Positions 1 to 9,228 of a DNA stretch of 64,000 nt are shown here, one piece after another. The stretch's first letter is position 1. Each line of letters opens with the position of its first letter. The stretch comes from a virus (lineage: Duplodnaviria > Caudoviricetes), in the IMG/VR virus record IMGVR_UViG_3300027205_000173, positions 1 to 64,000 of that record. The stretch is one strand, 5' to 3'. A model generated the notes under the pieces. It saw nothing but the letters and a program-made list of their open reading frames with translations. It did no database searches and was not told the origin of the DNA. The translations under genes were made by a program, and so were the position numbers.

Positions 1-81
1 GTGTTGGCGCAGGCTGAGGGGTATGGGTTGAGTATCCGAGAGTATGTTGAGATGCTGGTGTTGAGAGATGTCGGTAAGTGA
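1..81 (+). CDS. 3' end of a small upstream gene, possibly ribbon-helix-helix-like (partial)
   Basis: Frame 1 is open from the window edge to TGA at 79-81 (...AEGYGLSIREYVEMLVLRDVGK*), resembling the second helix of RHH proteins. Confidence 0.35.
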   Translation: MLAQAEGYGLSIREYVEMLVLRDVGK

Positions 82-907
82 GGTGGGCGCAGGCCTACAG
101 ATCATCAATTTTAAATGTGACAAGGACTCTCCATCTATTGAAGAGTTGATGCACGATATTAAAACACCGACGTCACTCAAGTATGGTACAAAATTTTGGG
201 ATTCGGATATTCTTCGTTTAATTGATTCTTCGTTGATTAGGTTTTGTGAAGCATGGGGCAAGCCGTACGGTTTTATTCAGGAGCAGGATGGGGCAATCGT
301 CCAGAATCTTTTTCCGATAAAGAAAAATGAGAGTGAACAAATTTCTTCGTCATCTTTAGCCACACTAGAGATGCATACGGAGACCGCTTTTCATCCTTGG
401 CGCCCACAGTACGTAGTTCTTCTTTGTGTCCGTGGAGATAAGCGCGCTGAAACAACTTATGCAATTCTTGATGAAATTTTACATGATTTAAATCAGGAAA
501 CTATTGATATTTTGCATCAACCAATATTCACAACGACATTGGATAAGAGTTTTCAAAATTCAAACCAAAAAGACTCCATAATGAAAACTGCAATATTTTA
601 CAACAATGGCACATCGATTTCTTATGATCGCGTTCTTATGAATGGGCTAAATAAAGATGCTGATCATGCGCTAAAAGTTCTTTCTTCCGCAATAGAAAGT
701 TGTAAGCAGACTTTCGTGCTATCTACTGGTGATGTTGCCATCATTGAAAATTGGAAAGTCGTTCATGGGAGAACGCCATTTGTTCCGAATTATGACGGCA
801 ATGATAGATGGGTAAAAAGAGTAATGGTCAGGCGATCCATGCCCCATCAACATGATATTTATCAGATTCCCGACAAGGAACATTATATTGTTAAGACAAC
901 TTTTTAG
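68..907 (+). CDS. TauD/TfdA (clavaminate synthase-like) Fe(II)/2-oxoglutarate dioxygenase
   Basis: HxE iron motif (LEMHTE), distal His in VVHGR, C-terminal DRWVKR. Confidence 0.85.
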   Translation: MSVSEVGAGLQIINFKCDKDSPSIEELMHDIKTPTSLKYGTKFWDSDILRLIDSSLIRFCEAWGKPYGFIQEQDGAIVQNLFPIKKNESEQISSSSLATLEMHTETAFHPWRPQYVVLLCVRGDKRAETTYAILDEILHDLNQETIDILHQPIFTTTLDKSFQNSNQKDSIMKTAIFYNNGTSISYDRVLMNGLNKDADHALKVLSSAIESCKQTFVLSTGDVAIIENWKVVHGRTPFVPNYDGNDRWVKRVMVRRSMPHQHDIYQIPDKEHYIVKTTF

Positions 908-1545
908 TTTTTTACCAAAAACCCGTTTGGATTTTCTATAAAGTTCTCGCCAAACATATCGCAAGCATATGTGTTTATAGAATAACTATCACCTATGTGA
1001 TTTAAAATTCCATCATGTGTATCTTTATTCAGGGTATGGCAACAGATGAAGTGATCTCCCTTTTTCAAATATGGGTCAATCGCTTCCAGCAACTCAATTG
1101 TGTTAATTCCGACATCGTCAATAATGAATTTTGGTCCTTCAAGATTTGCGATCATGTCGTGATTGACTTTTAAGTAATTTTTGATGTCAAAAATATCAAG
1201 TTGAACCAACTCAACATCATCAATTGGTTCCTGAATAACATTTCTCGAAAAATCAATGTCGTATGAAATGATTTTTATGTCATGTTTAATAATTTTGGCG
1301 ATGTCACTCATGTACTCAGATAAACCACCATCAAAAGTACCAAATTCCATTACGTATAAAGGACGTTCGTGATCAATCAACACACGCATTGCATTTAAAA
1401 ACATTGGTTCGTGCATGATCTGTCTATTTTTATATTTATTACCACCAACGCGTCCGTAGTTCATTAACACGGCAGTATCAGAATCTGTGTAGACGCCAGA
1501 AAACTTGCGTTCACTTGATGGTTTTAAGTGTTTTTCCAACATCAT
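904..1545 (-). CDS. CmcI/cephalosporin hydroxylase-like SAM-dependent methyltransferase
   Basis: EFGTFDGG SAM-binding motif, SYDID, IIDD and a C-terminal NPNGFL. The true start may be the second ATG at 1542. Confidence 0.7.
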   Translation of the reverse strand: MMLEKHLKPSSERKFSGVYTDSDTAVLMNYGRVGGNKYKNRQIMHEPMFLNAMRVLIDHERPLYVMEFGTFDGGLSEYMSDIAKIIKHDIKIISYDIDFSRNVIQEPIDDVELVQLDIFDIKNYLKVNHDMIANLEGPKFIIDDVGINTIELLEAIDPYLKKGDHFICCHTLNKDTHDGILNHIGDSYSINTYACDMFGENFIENPNGFLVKN

Positions 1546-1548
1546 TCA

Positions 1549-1554
1549 ATTATA
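1549..1554 (-). promoter_or_regulatory. -10 element (TATAAT), likely leaderless transcript
   Basis: Perfect TATAAT 6 nt upstream of the ATG at 1542, with no SD. Confidence 0.55.
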
Positions 1555-1595
1555 CTTCGTCTACATTGCTGTCACATTACAAAAGGGATTTACAT

Positions 1596-2084
1596 ATGAC
1601 GATTATTACTCTTGAACCATGGGAATACGTACATGCATGCAATGTTGGCATAGCCAGGTTTGCGGCAAATTGGGGAAAACAGGATGCCCCTCATTATAAA
1701 AAGGAATTAATGGAAGATGATAGGACCGCAACGGTTGCGGCTGCAATTTGTGAACTTGCGGTAGCCAAAGCAACTAACCGTTTTTGGAGTGCGCATGTGT
1801 GGCCAGAAAAAGACCACAATAAATATCGTAACGTTCCTGATGTCGGCAGAAACATAGAAGTGAGGCGTGTTCGCAAAGGGAATACTGTCGCCGTACGGAA
1901 ACACCAACTTGGTAAAGGCTTAATCCTTTTCGCTGCTCAACCAGAAGCACCAGAATTTATTAATGTCGACATCTGGGGATGGCTGGACCACGACTTCGCG
2001 TGGGAACTAGCAGAACCAGCACATTACGCTCCAGAAACAACTAGACTCCTCAACAGGGAGTACTTAAAAACGGAACTTCCATAG
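1596..2084 (+). CDS. Hypothetical phage protein (possible nuclease-like fold)
   Basis: Track ORF 1515..2084. ATG 1596 avoids overlap with the divergent gene and follows AAGGGA. Contains ELAVAK and PDVGRNIEVR motifs. Confidence 0.6.
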   Translation: MTIITLEPWEYVHACNVGIARFAANWGKQDAPHYKKELMEDDRTATVAAAICELAVAKATNRFWSAHVWPEKDHNKYRNVPDVGRNIEVRRVRKGNTVAVRKHQLGKGLILFAAQPEAPEFINVDIWGWLDHDFAWELAEPAHYAPETTRLLNREYLKTELP

Positions 2085-2092
2085 GAGGCAAC

Positions 2093-2452
2093 ATGGAACT
2101 TACAGAAGAACAATCAAGACGGTTTTGGGCAAAAGTAAATAAAGAAACGGATAACGGATGCTGGGAATGGACGGCGGCCATCAGAAAGGGTGGGTACGGT
2201 ATCTTTCGCCCAACAGGGAAAACATTTATTTCCGCACATAGAATGAGTTACATTATTTCAAATGGAGAAATACCTAGTGGTTCATTAATTTGTCACTCAT
2301 GTAATAATCCTTCATGTGTTAATCCATTACATCTTTATTCTGGAACGCAATTTAACAATATGAGACAAGCATTTAATGAAGGACGATTAAGGGTAAATAA
2401 ACTTATGAATAAAAACAGTATAAATACTGAATTTAATCAGGACGAAGCATGA
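2093..2452 (+). CDS. HNH endonuclease (HNH_3-like)
   Basis: CWEW...AHR...ICHSCNNPSCVNPLHL...N; AGGAGG SD. Confidence 0.9.
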   Translation: MELTEEQSRRFWAKVNKETDNGCWEWTAAIRKGGYGIFRPTGKTFISAHRMSYIISNGEIPSGSLICHSCNNPSCVNPLHLYSGTQFNNMRQAFNEGRLRVNKLMNKNSINTEFNQDEA

Positions 2453-2964
2453 AACTTGCAGAAGAACAACTAAAAAAGTTTTGGACCAAGGTAGATAAAA
2501 AAGGGGATAATGAATGTTGGGAATGGGTGGCGGCAAAAAACAGCAAGGGCTATGGGCAGTTCGGTATAAGTGGAGTTTCTAAATCAACACACCGAATCAG
2601 TTACACGATCCATAATGGACATATCCCAGACGGACTGTTTGTTTGCCATACATGCAATAACCCACCTTGCGTGAATCCGAATCATCTTTATGCTGGTAGT
2701 AATAAAGAAAATATGCAACAAGCATCAAATGAGAAACGACTTGCCCAACAGCAAAAAACACATTGTAAATCAGGACACGAATTTACTACAGAAAACACGG
2801 CTCTTTATAAACAAAGGAAACGTGGAGATGCTCTAACTAGGGTGTGTAAAACATGCAAAAAAATAAACGATAAAAGAAGAGTCAATACACCCAAAAAACA
2901 AAAATATAATGCTGAGTATTGGAAACAACACAAAGGCATACCAGTAAGTGAAAGAAAAGAATGA
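2449..2964 (+). CDS. HNH endonuclease with C-terminal Zn-finger-like extension
   Basis: CWEW...THR...VCHTCNNPPCVNPNHL, then THCKSGHEF...RVCKTC. Tandem paralog of the upstream gene. Confidence 0.9.
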   Translation: MKLAEEQLKKFWTKVDKKGDNECWEWVAAKNSKGYGQFGISGVSKSTHRISYTIHNGHIPDGLFVCHTCNNPPCVNPNHLYAGSNKENMQQASNEKRLAQQQKTHCKSGHEFTTENTALYKQRKRGDALTRVCKTCKKINDKRRVNTPKKQKYNAEYWKQHKGIPVSERKE

Positions 2965-3210
2965 CTAAGGCTCTATGAAAATACATTCCCCAGGACACTC
3001 TTCGGCAGACTCAATCACGTCATCTATTCTGTCGTCTGAGAAAGAAGCCAGGCCAGCGGAACCCCCTAAATTGCCCGCTGCTGCCGCATAAATCTTTCCG
3101 CTCTCTTGCACATAGGCAAGACCATCCGACATCATTACGAATACATCTGGGGCTATCTCCGCGCATAAACCGTCCCCGGTACATAAATCTTGGTCAATCC
3201 AAACTTTCAT
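2965..3210 (-). CDS. Ferredoxin (monocluster, actinobacterial style)
   Basis: MKVWIDQDLCTGDGLC...ECPGECI (CxxDxxC...CP); GGAG SD. Confidence 0.9.
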   Translation of the reverse strand: MKVWIDQDLCTGDGLCAEIAPDVFVMMSDGLAYVQESGKIYAAAAGNLGGSAGLASFSDDRIDDVIESAEECPGECIFIEP

Positions 3211-3231
3211 TTACAGGCTCCGTATTCTGCA

Positions 3232-3951
3232 TTACGCATTAAACGCTTTAGTAAATCCTTCAGGACAAGTTTTTTTGCATATCAAATCTGCAATAACAGG
3301 TGCAAATGCCGCTCCGATTGCAATACCAACACCCGCTGGCGTTGCCCAGAGCGCTGCTGAATCCAAACTTTTAGCCAAACAATTTGAAATTATGTTGTTC
3401 AGTAGTGTGTGGTCAATGCTTTCACCAACATATGGGATTAGCAAGAATGTCTCTGTTATAATCTTGCTCATTCCTGCTACGACTGTCGCTTTGAGTGCCA
3501 TGTCCGTAACATAAAGAACTGGCTGTGCCATTATCGACAAAGCGGATGACGTTGCCGCACCTTCAGGTTGTGCTGGCGTAAAGAAGGCAACAACCCCGGC
3601 TGAGACTGCTGCAGTCACCGCTATGTTACAAGCGTTTTCATCTACCCAATTGTATGCGTCTACTACACCATCTTTTACTACTTCATAACCTTCTTTTATG
3701 TTAGAGCCTATTAAATCTATTATGGGTGTAAGTACTGGTACTACTTCTTCATCCCACTCCTTAGAAATCATATCTTCCCACGTATGATTCTCTTCAGGAT
3801 GAGCGTGGATGTACTTTCTGGCATTTTCGGTAAGTAGGTGATAGCCACAGTCCGAACCTGGCCATTCACCGCCCCAACCGTAAGACCGTACTTCATAGGG
3901 GTCACAGTCTGAGCAATGAAAAACAACTCCGATACCTTTTTGTGCTGCCAT
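3232..3951 (-). CDS. Hypothetical protein with hydrophobic C-terminal helices
   Basis: Track ORF 3232..3984. ATG 3951 follows GAAGGA. N-terminal HCxxC and several hydrophobic Ala/Val/Gly helices. Confidence 0.6.
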   Translation of the reverse strand: MAAQKGIGVVFHCSDCDPYEVRSYGWGGEWPGSDCGYHLLTENARKYIHAHPEENHTWEDMISKEWDEEVVPVLTPIIDLIGSNIKEGYEVVKDGVVDAYNWVDENACNIAVTAAVSAGVVAFFTPAQPEGAATSSALSIMAQPVLYVTDMALKATVVAGMSKIITETFLLIPYVGESIDHTLLNNIISNCLAKSLDSAALWATPAGVGIAIGAAFAPVIADLICKKTCPEGFTKAFNA

Positions 3952-3993
3952 TTTATTTTCCTTCAGTAAGTAAGTCTTGGTCAACCCAAACTT

Positions 3994-4398
3994 TTATTTG
4001 GTTTTGAATTCAGTCCATGTCTTATCGCCAACACCGAAGTATTCGCGTGCATATCCTGCGCCAACGATGTCTTTGTTGAGGCATGCGGTTGTTGGTGATT
4101 CGATGTCGCCCGATGAGTAAAGTTCGGCAAGTACACGACCGTACTTTTCGTTCTTATCAACGATGGTTTTGATGAAAACCGTCTCGTGGTTGTGTAGCCA
4201 ATCTTTCGTGAATTCTTTGGCTTTGAGACCCATTTGTTTTTCGGCTGCGTCTTTTGTGCGTGATTCAGGTGTGTTAATTCCGTATAGGCGTACACGGATT
4301 TTGTGGTGGACGCTAAAACCAAGGTCGACCATCAGGTCAACGGTGTCACCGTCTACGACTCCTAGAACTTTTCCTGTGTACCAGTATGGATTGATCAT
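3994..4398 (-). CDS. Thermonuclease (SNase family)
   Basis: VVDGDT, RVRLYGINTPE, KYGRVLA, GYAREY. Confidence 0.9.
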   Translation of the reverse strand: MINPYWYTGKVLGVVDGDTVDLMVDLGFSVHHKIRVRLYGINTPESRTKDAAEKQMGLKAKEFTKDWLHNHETVFIKTIVDKNEKYGRVLAELYSSGDIESPTTACLNKDIVGAGYAREYFGVGDKTWTEFKTK

Positions 4399-4399
4399 G

Positions 4400-5911
4400 T
4401 TATCTATTGGGCCTTGGTCGTCGGGCTGGTGCCATTGGTCCCGTCGTAATCCGCCCCATCCGAGGTCGTGGGGATGGTGCTTTTGGTCTTCCTGGGTTCC
4501 CTGGACTACGAATAGGGCGGGTGAGATTACTATTTACGTCTCGTCCTTCTGCCTCACTCGCTCGCTCACGACTATCCATTGTTCCACTGGTTGTGTTGTA
4601 TGCCTTACGCGGTTTATTGATGCGGATTGCTTCAATCTCATGAAGTCTTTGCGCAGCCGTATTCGACGCTGGTATTGAATTGAACTTACCTAGATGTTGT
4701 CCAGTTCTTTTATAGTGATCCCGAGCACTTTGTTCACCCTTGGGGCCGCTCCAATTTTCTCCACGAGGACCAATTGTTGGAATGAGGACTTCTTTTCCGT
4801 TGTCAGTAATTCCCATGCTTCGAACAGTGCCATAATCTCCACCTGGGAGTTTTACAGCACGGCGCTTTGATGTGTCAATGTTGCCAGGTTCGATCATTCC
4901 GTCATCTGAATTGCCGGCTTTTCCATCATATGGATGATTACCACTTTCATTAACTAGAAAGTACTTATCTCTTGAATATGAGGAAGGGCTTGGTCCACCT
5001 GGCATTAGGGAGCGTGAATGTTTACGCCCACCAGAATAAACGCGCTGCGTTGTTCTCCCACTGGCCGTCATCGTTCCTGTTTCTCCGACACGACCGCGAT
5101 TTGTTCCACCCGGCGAACCAGTAAACGAACCATTTGGCATCGGGGGTCTAATTCCACCGTGCGAGCGACCTGGCATATCTGCTGACTTCATAGATAATTC
5201 AAATTGCTCAAAAGATTTCTGACCCTTGGATTCTTCTTTACTGTTTCTATATCGATCTAGGAGTCGGCGTCCTTTTGCTGCAAGTTTTGCTGCGTCTTCC
5301 AAGTTTCGTGGTACGGGTTCGCCCCACGCCCGCGCTGATAACGCGAGACGAGTCGGTCTTCCTTTCGGATCAACCATTGGTCCAGTCGGATTCGTAAAGA
5401 ACCTGACCAAGAAAGAACCCTTGCGACGCATTTTGGTTGGCGTATCTGCCGCACCTTTAACACCTGGTTTAAGATTCGCACCTTCTGTCTCCTTGAAATG
5501 TTTACGACCAGCAGCGGTTAACCCGCCGTCGGGGTCACGTAATGATTGTTCTGCACCTTTGATTAATAGATGTCCATCTAGTTCTTTTTTCTTTTTTTTC
5601 TTCCTACGACGACCAGTGACGGCTCTAAGGATGAAGCCACCAGTGGTATCAAATAGCCATTTAGTGTCGTTGATTATCTCATTAGAAACTGCTCTACGCT
5701 CGCGCGTATCTGCCGAACCAGAAAAAGCAGCCTTCTCTTCTTCGTCAGATGAATCTTCTTCATCCTCATCAGACCCGTCGTCATACAACTCTTCAGTTGG
5801 CATGACAACCATTTTCCCATCTTCGTCGATAATGTAATCGTCAGGAAGATCGTCGTATTCTACGGTACGAAGTTTTTTTACTTCCCAATTATCAACGTAA
5901 TCATTAGACAT
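4400..5911 (-). CDS. Multi-module putative head-associated protein (DUF6321-like module plus a conserved phage domain, acidic/basic low-complexity linkers)
   Basis: DPDGGLTAAGRKHFK...NLKPGV...RRKGSF...ARAWG; GNIDTSKR...TVRSMGI...EVLIPT...TGQHLGKF. K|A and K|S sites follow acidic blocks. Confidence 0.65.
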   Translation of the reverse strand: MSNDYVDNWEVKKLRTVEYDDLPDDYIIDEDGKMVVMPTEELYDDGSDEDEEDSSDEEEKAAFSGSADTRERRAVSNEIINDTKWLFDTTGGFILRAVTGRRRKKKKKKELDGHLLIKGAEQSLRDPDGGLTAAGRKHFKETEGANLKPGVKGAADTPTKMRRKGSFLVRFFTNPTGPMVDPKGRPTRLALSARAWGEPVPRNLEDAAKLAAKGRRLLDRYRNSKEESKGQKSFEQFELSMKSADMPGRSHGGIRPPMPNGSFTGSPGGTNRGRVGETGTMTASGRTTQRVYSGGRKHSRSLMPGGPSPSSYSRDKYFLVNESGNHPYDGKAGNSDDGMIEPGNIDTSKRRAVKLPGGDYGTVRSMGITDNGKEVLIPTIGPRGENWSGPKGEQSARDHYKRTGQHLGKFNSIPASNTAAQRLHEIEAIRINKPRKAYNTTSGTMDSRERASEAEGRDVNSNLTRPIRSPGNPGRPKAPSPRPRMGRITTGPMAPARRPRPNR

Positions 5912-5920
5912 GATCCGTCA

Positions 5921-8900
5921 TCACCAGAGGCGTCGACCAAAAAACTTAGGTCCTGTTTGGTTGTTGTCTTGGCGTCCTGATAAAGAGCCCGCCAACGAGT
6001 TCGGACGAGACATTGAATCTGCGCTTCCAGTTCTACCAGGAGCGACTGTACGTGGCTTATTATTATTCATGTTTGGTGAAGCCCCACCGGGTGCTCGATT
6101 GCCTGGTCTATTTGGCATTGTCGTGTTGGGTCTTTTGTTCGGGCCAGGGTTTCCTGGATTGAGTCCTCTACCGCCGCCTACTGGAGTATTGGGACGGGCA
6201 CCTGGGCCACGAATCGGTCGCGGCTTACTGATTCCATTACCACCATACAAATCAGCGGTAGCCTTTCCCATTGATTGAGTATCAGAATAAAATTTTTGGA
6301 TACGTCCCTTGCCTTTATCTTTATCACCAAAATATTGTCCTGCTGCACGTAAACCAGCAGCCTGCTCATCAGTCATACCCTTGGAATCTTCATCGGGCGG
6401 AATCGCCATCTCATCCTCATCATCCCAATACATTTCTTCATCAGAAGCCTTGCCGTAGGTGAATCTGGAACCACTCGTAAATCCACCAATACGTGCGGCA
6501 GCCGTATCGGCACTACCTGTTCTGCTCTGAGTATTTGGCTTATTCATCATTGCTGGTCTACTAGCGCCACGCTTTGGCCCTTCGCTTCCAAATTTCTGAA
6601 GTGCTGCTGATCGACGCACTGCTCCACGTGATGCCATAGTATCCGCAGAGCCAAATGTGCTACCGCCGACATTGCGGCCACTGAAGTAGTTGCCTGCTTC
6701 ACGTAAACCAGCAGCCTGCGCATCAGTCATACCCTTGAAATCGATGTACTCGTCGTACTCGTCGTAGCCTTGATCGTAGGACTTTTGATACAAGTAATTT
6801 TCGTACTCGTCGTACTCGTCGTACTCGTCGTAGCCTTGATCGTAGGACTTTCCTGCAAATGAACGTACACTAGGATTGATTCTTTCGCGAGGACCACCAG
6901 CACCAGGCGAACCACTAAATGTCTTCGGCTTACCAAACTTTCCAAAACCTTGTGATGGCTTCTTTTGACTAGGTACTGCCTGAAATAATGCTAATGGTCT
7001 TTGTCGTGGTGGGTCACTGCGATCAATGCGTGGGTTAACGCTATTTAATTTCCCAGGCTTTGGCTGAGGACCTTTTCTATCAGCACCTGGCAAGGAACTA
7101 CCATCACCAATGACGTCTCTGCCGAACTTACTGACGCGCCCACGACCGCGAGCGGCCTGCTGTTGAGCGTTTGCGCGAGGGTCGCCAGAGCGGCCACTAA
7201 AGTAATCTCCCGCAGTAGCCAAACTTCTTTGTTGATTTACTTTTGGTCCAGGATTACCCGATCCACGAGTTGGTCTTGGTTTTGGCGCCCCTGGGTTCCC
7301 TGGACCACGAGTAGGACGAGGCTGTGCTCCGCCAGTAGGACCATACGTTGTTGAACGCTTCTGACGCTCAGCAGCAGCAGTAGGTGAACCTGCAGCACGC
7401 GAACGTGTTTGACGCTCAGCAGCAGCAGTAGGTGAACCAGTGTTCTTGGTTACGCGCGCAGCATACTGTGGCTTATTGGTGCTCCTATTATCTCCTATAG
7501 GTGCACCAGATGCCGGACCAGCAGCGTTAATGACAACTTTGCCAACATATTTTTTCAAACCTGCTTGACGACGTTCGGCAGTGCCGGCCTGTCCTGGGCC
7601 ACTCACATCTCTGGCATTGAGATGATCACCGAACTGTCTAAAACTGCGATTTTTGGAAGCATTGGAAGCACCAGAACGAGCATCAGGAGAAGGACCAGAA
7701 GACCTGGTTGTGGGTTTTGGTGCTCCTGGATTCCCGGTTCCGCGAACAGGCCTTCTTGAGGGTGAAGGGTCATCAATTGGCAACTTCTTCATATCGAAGT
7801 CGTACTCGTACTCGTAATATGCTTCTTCATCCCATGCGGACTTGGCGCCGTCGTTAAATCCAGAAGTTGCTCCAGAGATTAGTTGAGCGTTATTGTCGCT
7901 ACCCCAGTCCCTTGGCTTCTTTTTCTTAGGGCTGTAGCCCTGCGTGGGTAGTGGGGCCTGTGCAATATTTTTTGGTCTTGCCGGTGGTCCGGTATTTATG
8001 GCAGTCGCTCTCGAACCGACGCCTGTGCGAGGACTGGGATTAGTCCAGGACCTATTTCTCATAAGATCAGTCATTCTGCTATTAGCAACGTTTCTTCGTC
8101 CAGAATCACCGATATCCATATTTCCAACAGAGGTCGGATGAACATTCGTACCACTAGGCGACCTACCGCTGGCCCAATTCATGAACTGCTGACCGCGTTG
8201 ACGATCCGAAGCATCACGAGGACTACCAGCACCGCTAGGCCTCATCATGGCCTTATCATCTTCATCGTCGCCTACATACTCTTCGTCATAAAGCATGTCC
8301 TCTTCAGGCTCGTCGTCTTCTTCACCTTCGTCATAAACGGGCATGCGACTACGCTTGGATGGATTAAGACTCGACCCACGACGATTGGGAACAACTATAG
8401 AAGAGGTTTTTTCTTCAATTGCTAAGAGTTCTAAATAAGTATCCTCCATGGACTTCTCTTCAATTGCTAAGAGTTCCGAATACATATCCTCAAGAGACTT
8501 CTCTTCCATATTATTTTCCTTTTCTTCAGTAATTGGACCACCGACGATCCAAGCATCACAAGTACGAGATGAAGCACACTTAAAATCAAAAGACTCACAG
8601 TAACCAAGATCACCAGCATTGATGACATCCCAAGCAGCATTGCCTGACTCGTTACCTAGACCTTCATCAATACAACCAAGCATTTTCTTTGTTTTAATAA
8701 AAGCAGCGCAGTTGCCACATTTTTGACCACGTGCATCATCTGCGGTAACATTCCAACGTTCTGCCTTGGCATCCCAAAATTCATTATTTGGTTTCGTTGG
8801 ATTGAGTGGACCGTATCCAGCAGTATCAATCGCATTTTGGCGGTTCTTTAAGTTGACACCGATATCCCTAGTAGCAATAGGGCAAGAATCATCAACCTTG

Positions 8901-8932
8901 ACGCTGATGTCATCCCAATGTGAATTGCTCAT
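5921..8932 (-). CDS. 1003-aa protein: N-terminal Cys-rich (HiPIP-like) domain, then alternating acidic and R/P/G-rich basic blocks
   Basis: CGNCAAF...GYC...C...CDAW; repeated EEKS, KSYDQGYDEYDEY, KGMTDxQAAGLR, GNPG and GSAD units. Confidence 0.75.
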   Translation of the reverse strand: MSNSHWDDISVKVDDSCPIATRDIGVNLKNRQNAIDTAGYGPLNPTKPNNEFWDAKAERWNVTADDARGQKCGNCAAFIKTKKMLGCIDEGLGNESGNAAWDVINAGDLGYCESFDFKCASSRTCDAWIVGGPITEEKENNMEEKSLEDMYSELLAIEEKSMEDTYLELLAIEEKTSSIVVPNRRGSSLNPSKRSRMPVYDEGEEDDEPEEDMLYDEEYVGDDEDDKAMMRPSGAGSPRDASDRQRGQQFMNWASGRSPSGTNVHPTSVGNMDIGDSGRRNVANSRMTDLMRNRSWTNPSPRTGVGSRATAINTGPPARPKNIAQAPLPTQGYSPKKKKPRDWGSDNNAQLISGATSGFNDGAKSAWDEEAYYEYEYDFDMKKLPIDDPSPSRRPVRGTGNPGAPKPTTRSSGPSPDARSGASNASKNRSFRQFGDHLNARDVSGPGQAGTAERRQAGLKKYVGKVVINAAGPASGAPIGDNRSTNKPQYAARVTKNTGSPTAAAERQTRSRAAGSPTAAAERQKRSTTYGPTGGAQPRPTRGPGNPGAPKPRPTRGSGNPGPKVNQQRSLATAGDYFSGRSGDPRANAQQQAARGRGRVSKFGRDVIGDGSSLPGADRKGPQPKPGKLNSVNPRIDRSDPPRQRPLALFQAVPSQKKPSQGFGKFGKPKTFSGSPGAGGPRERINPSVRSFAGKSYDQGYDEYDEYDEYENYLYQKSYDQGYDEYDEYIDFKGMTDAQAAGLREAGNYFSGRNVGGSTFGSADTMASRGAVRRSAALQKFGSEGPKRGASRPAMMNKPNTQSRTGSADTAAARIGGFTSGSRFTYGKASDEEMYWDDEDEMAIPPDEDSKGMTDEQAAGLRAAGQYFGDKDKGKGRIQKFYSDTQSMGKATADLYGGNGISKPRPIRGPGARPNTPVGGGRGLNPGNPGPNKRPNTTMPNRPGNRAPGGASPNMNNNKPRTVAPGRTGSADSMSRPNSLAGSLSGRQDNNQTGPKFFGRRLW
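6745..6852 (-). repeat. Coding tandem repeat (KSYDQGYDEYDEY x2 with 9-bp YDE units)
   Basis: tactcgtcg units and a duplicated gtagccttgatcgtaggactt block. Confidence 0.85.
7362..7438 (-). repeat. 28-bp coding direct repeat (GSPTAAAERQ x2)
   Basis: gacgctcagcagcagcagtaggtgaacc occurs twice. Confidence 0.85.
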
Positions 8933-8940
8933 GGATCACC

Positions 8941-9117
8941 TTATTCCTGATCAAACTTAGTTCTAAGAATTTGTTGTTTTTTCTTTTTCTTAGGCTGTAC
9001 TTCATTGAAGATAATTTCTTCAATGTCGTCCGCTGAACCTTTAAAATTTTTAGTAATTCTTTCGATGTCTTCCCAATCGAATTCATCGTCATCATCAAAA
9101 TAATTTTGCTTTCCCAT
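8941..9117 (-). CDS. Small protein with acidic N-terminus and basic C-terminus (58 aa, below the ORF-track cutoff)
   Basis: Manual translation: MGKQNYFDDDDEFDWEDIERITKNFKGSADDIEEIIFNEVQPKKKKKQQILRTKFDQE*. It fills the gap exactly and ends 8 nt before the next start. Confidence 0.65.
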   Translation of the reverse strand: MGKQNYFDDDDEFDWEDIERITKNFKGSADDIEEIIFNEVQPKKKKKQQILRTKFDQE

Positions 9118-9154
9118 AACACTTCTTATTATCTCACATGTCTTATAGTTATAA

Positions 9155-9200
9155 ATGAATAACCCCCCAGCAACAACGTGTCACTGAGGGGCTATTTCAT
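9155..9200 (-). terminator. Probable terminator hairpin downstream of the major capsid gene
   Basis: On the minus strand, atagcccctcagtgac pairs with gttgctggggggttat (several G-U pairs) and is followed by tcattt. Confidence 0.55.
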
Positions 9201-9228
9201 TTTGAGCACCAAGGAGTGCTAGTAGTTA

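Noticed and set aside
8910-9122. 70-aa track ORF
   Set aside because: An alternative frame (8941-9117) has an ATG start, avoids overlap with the next gene and has more protein-like composition.
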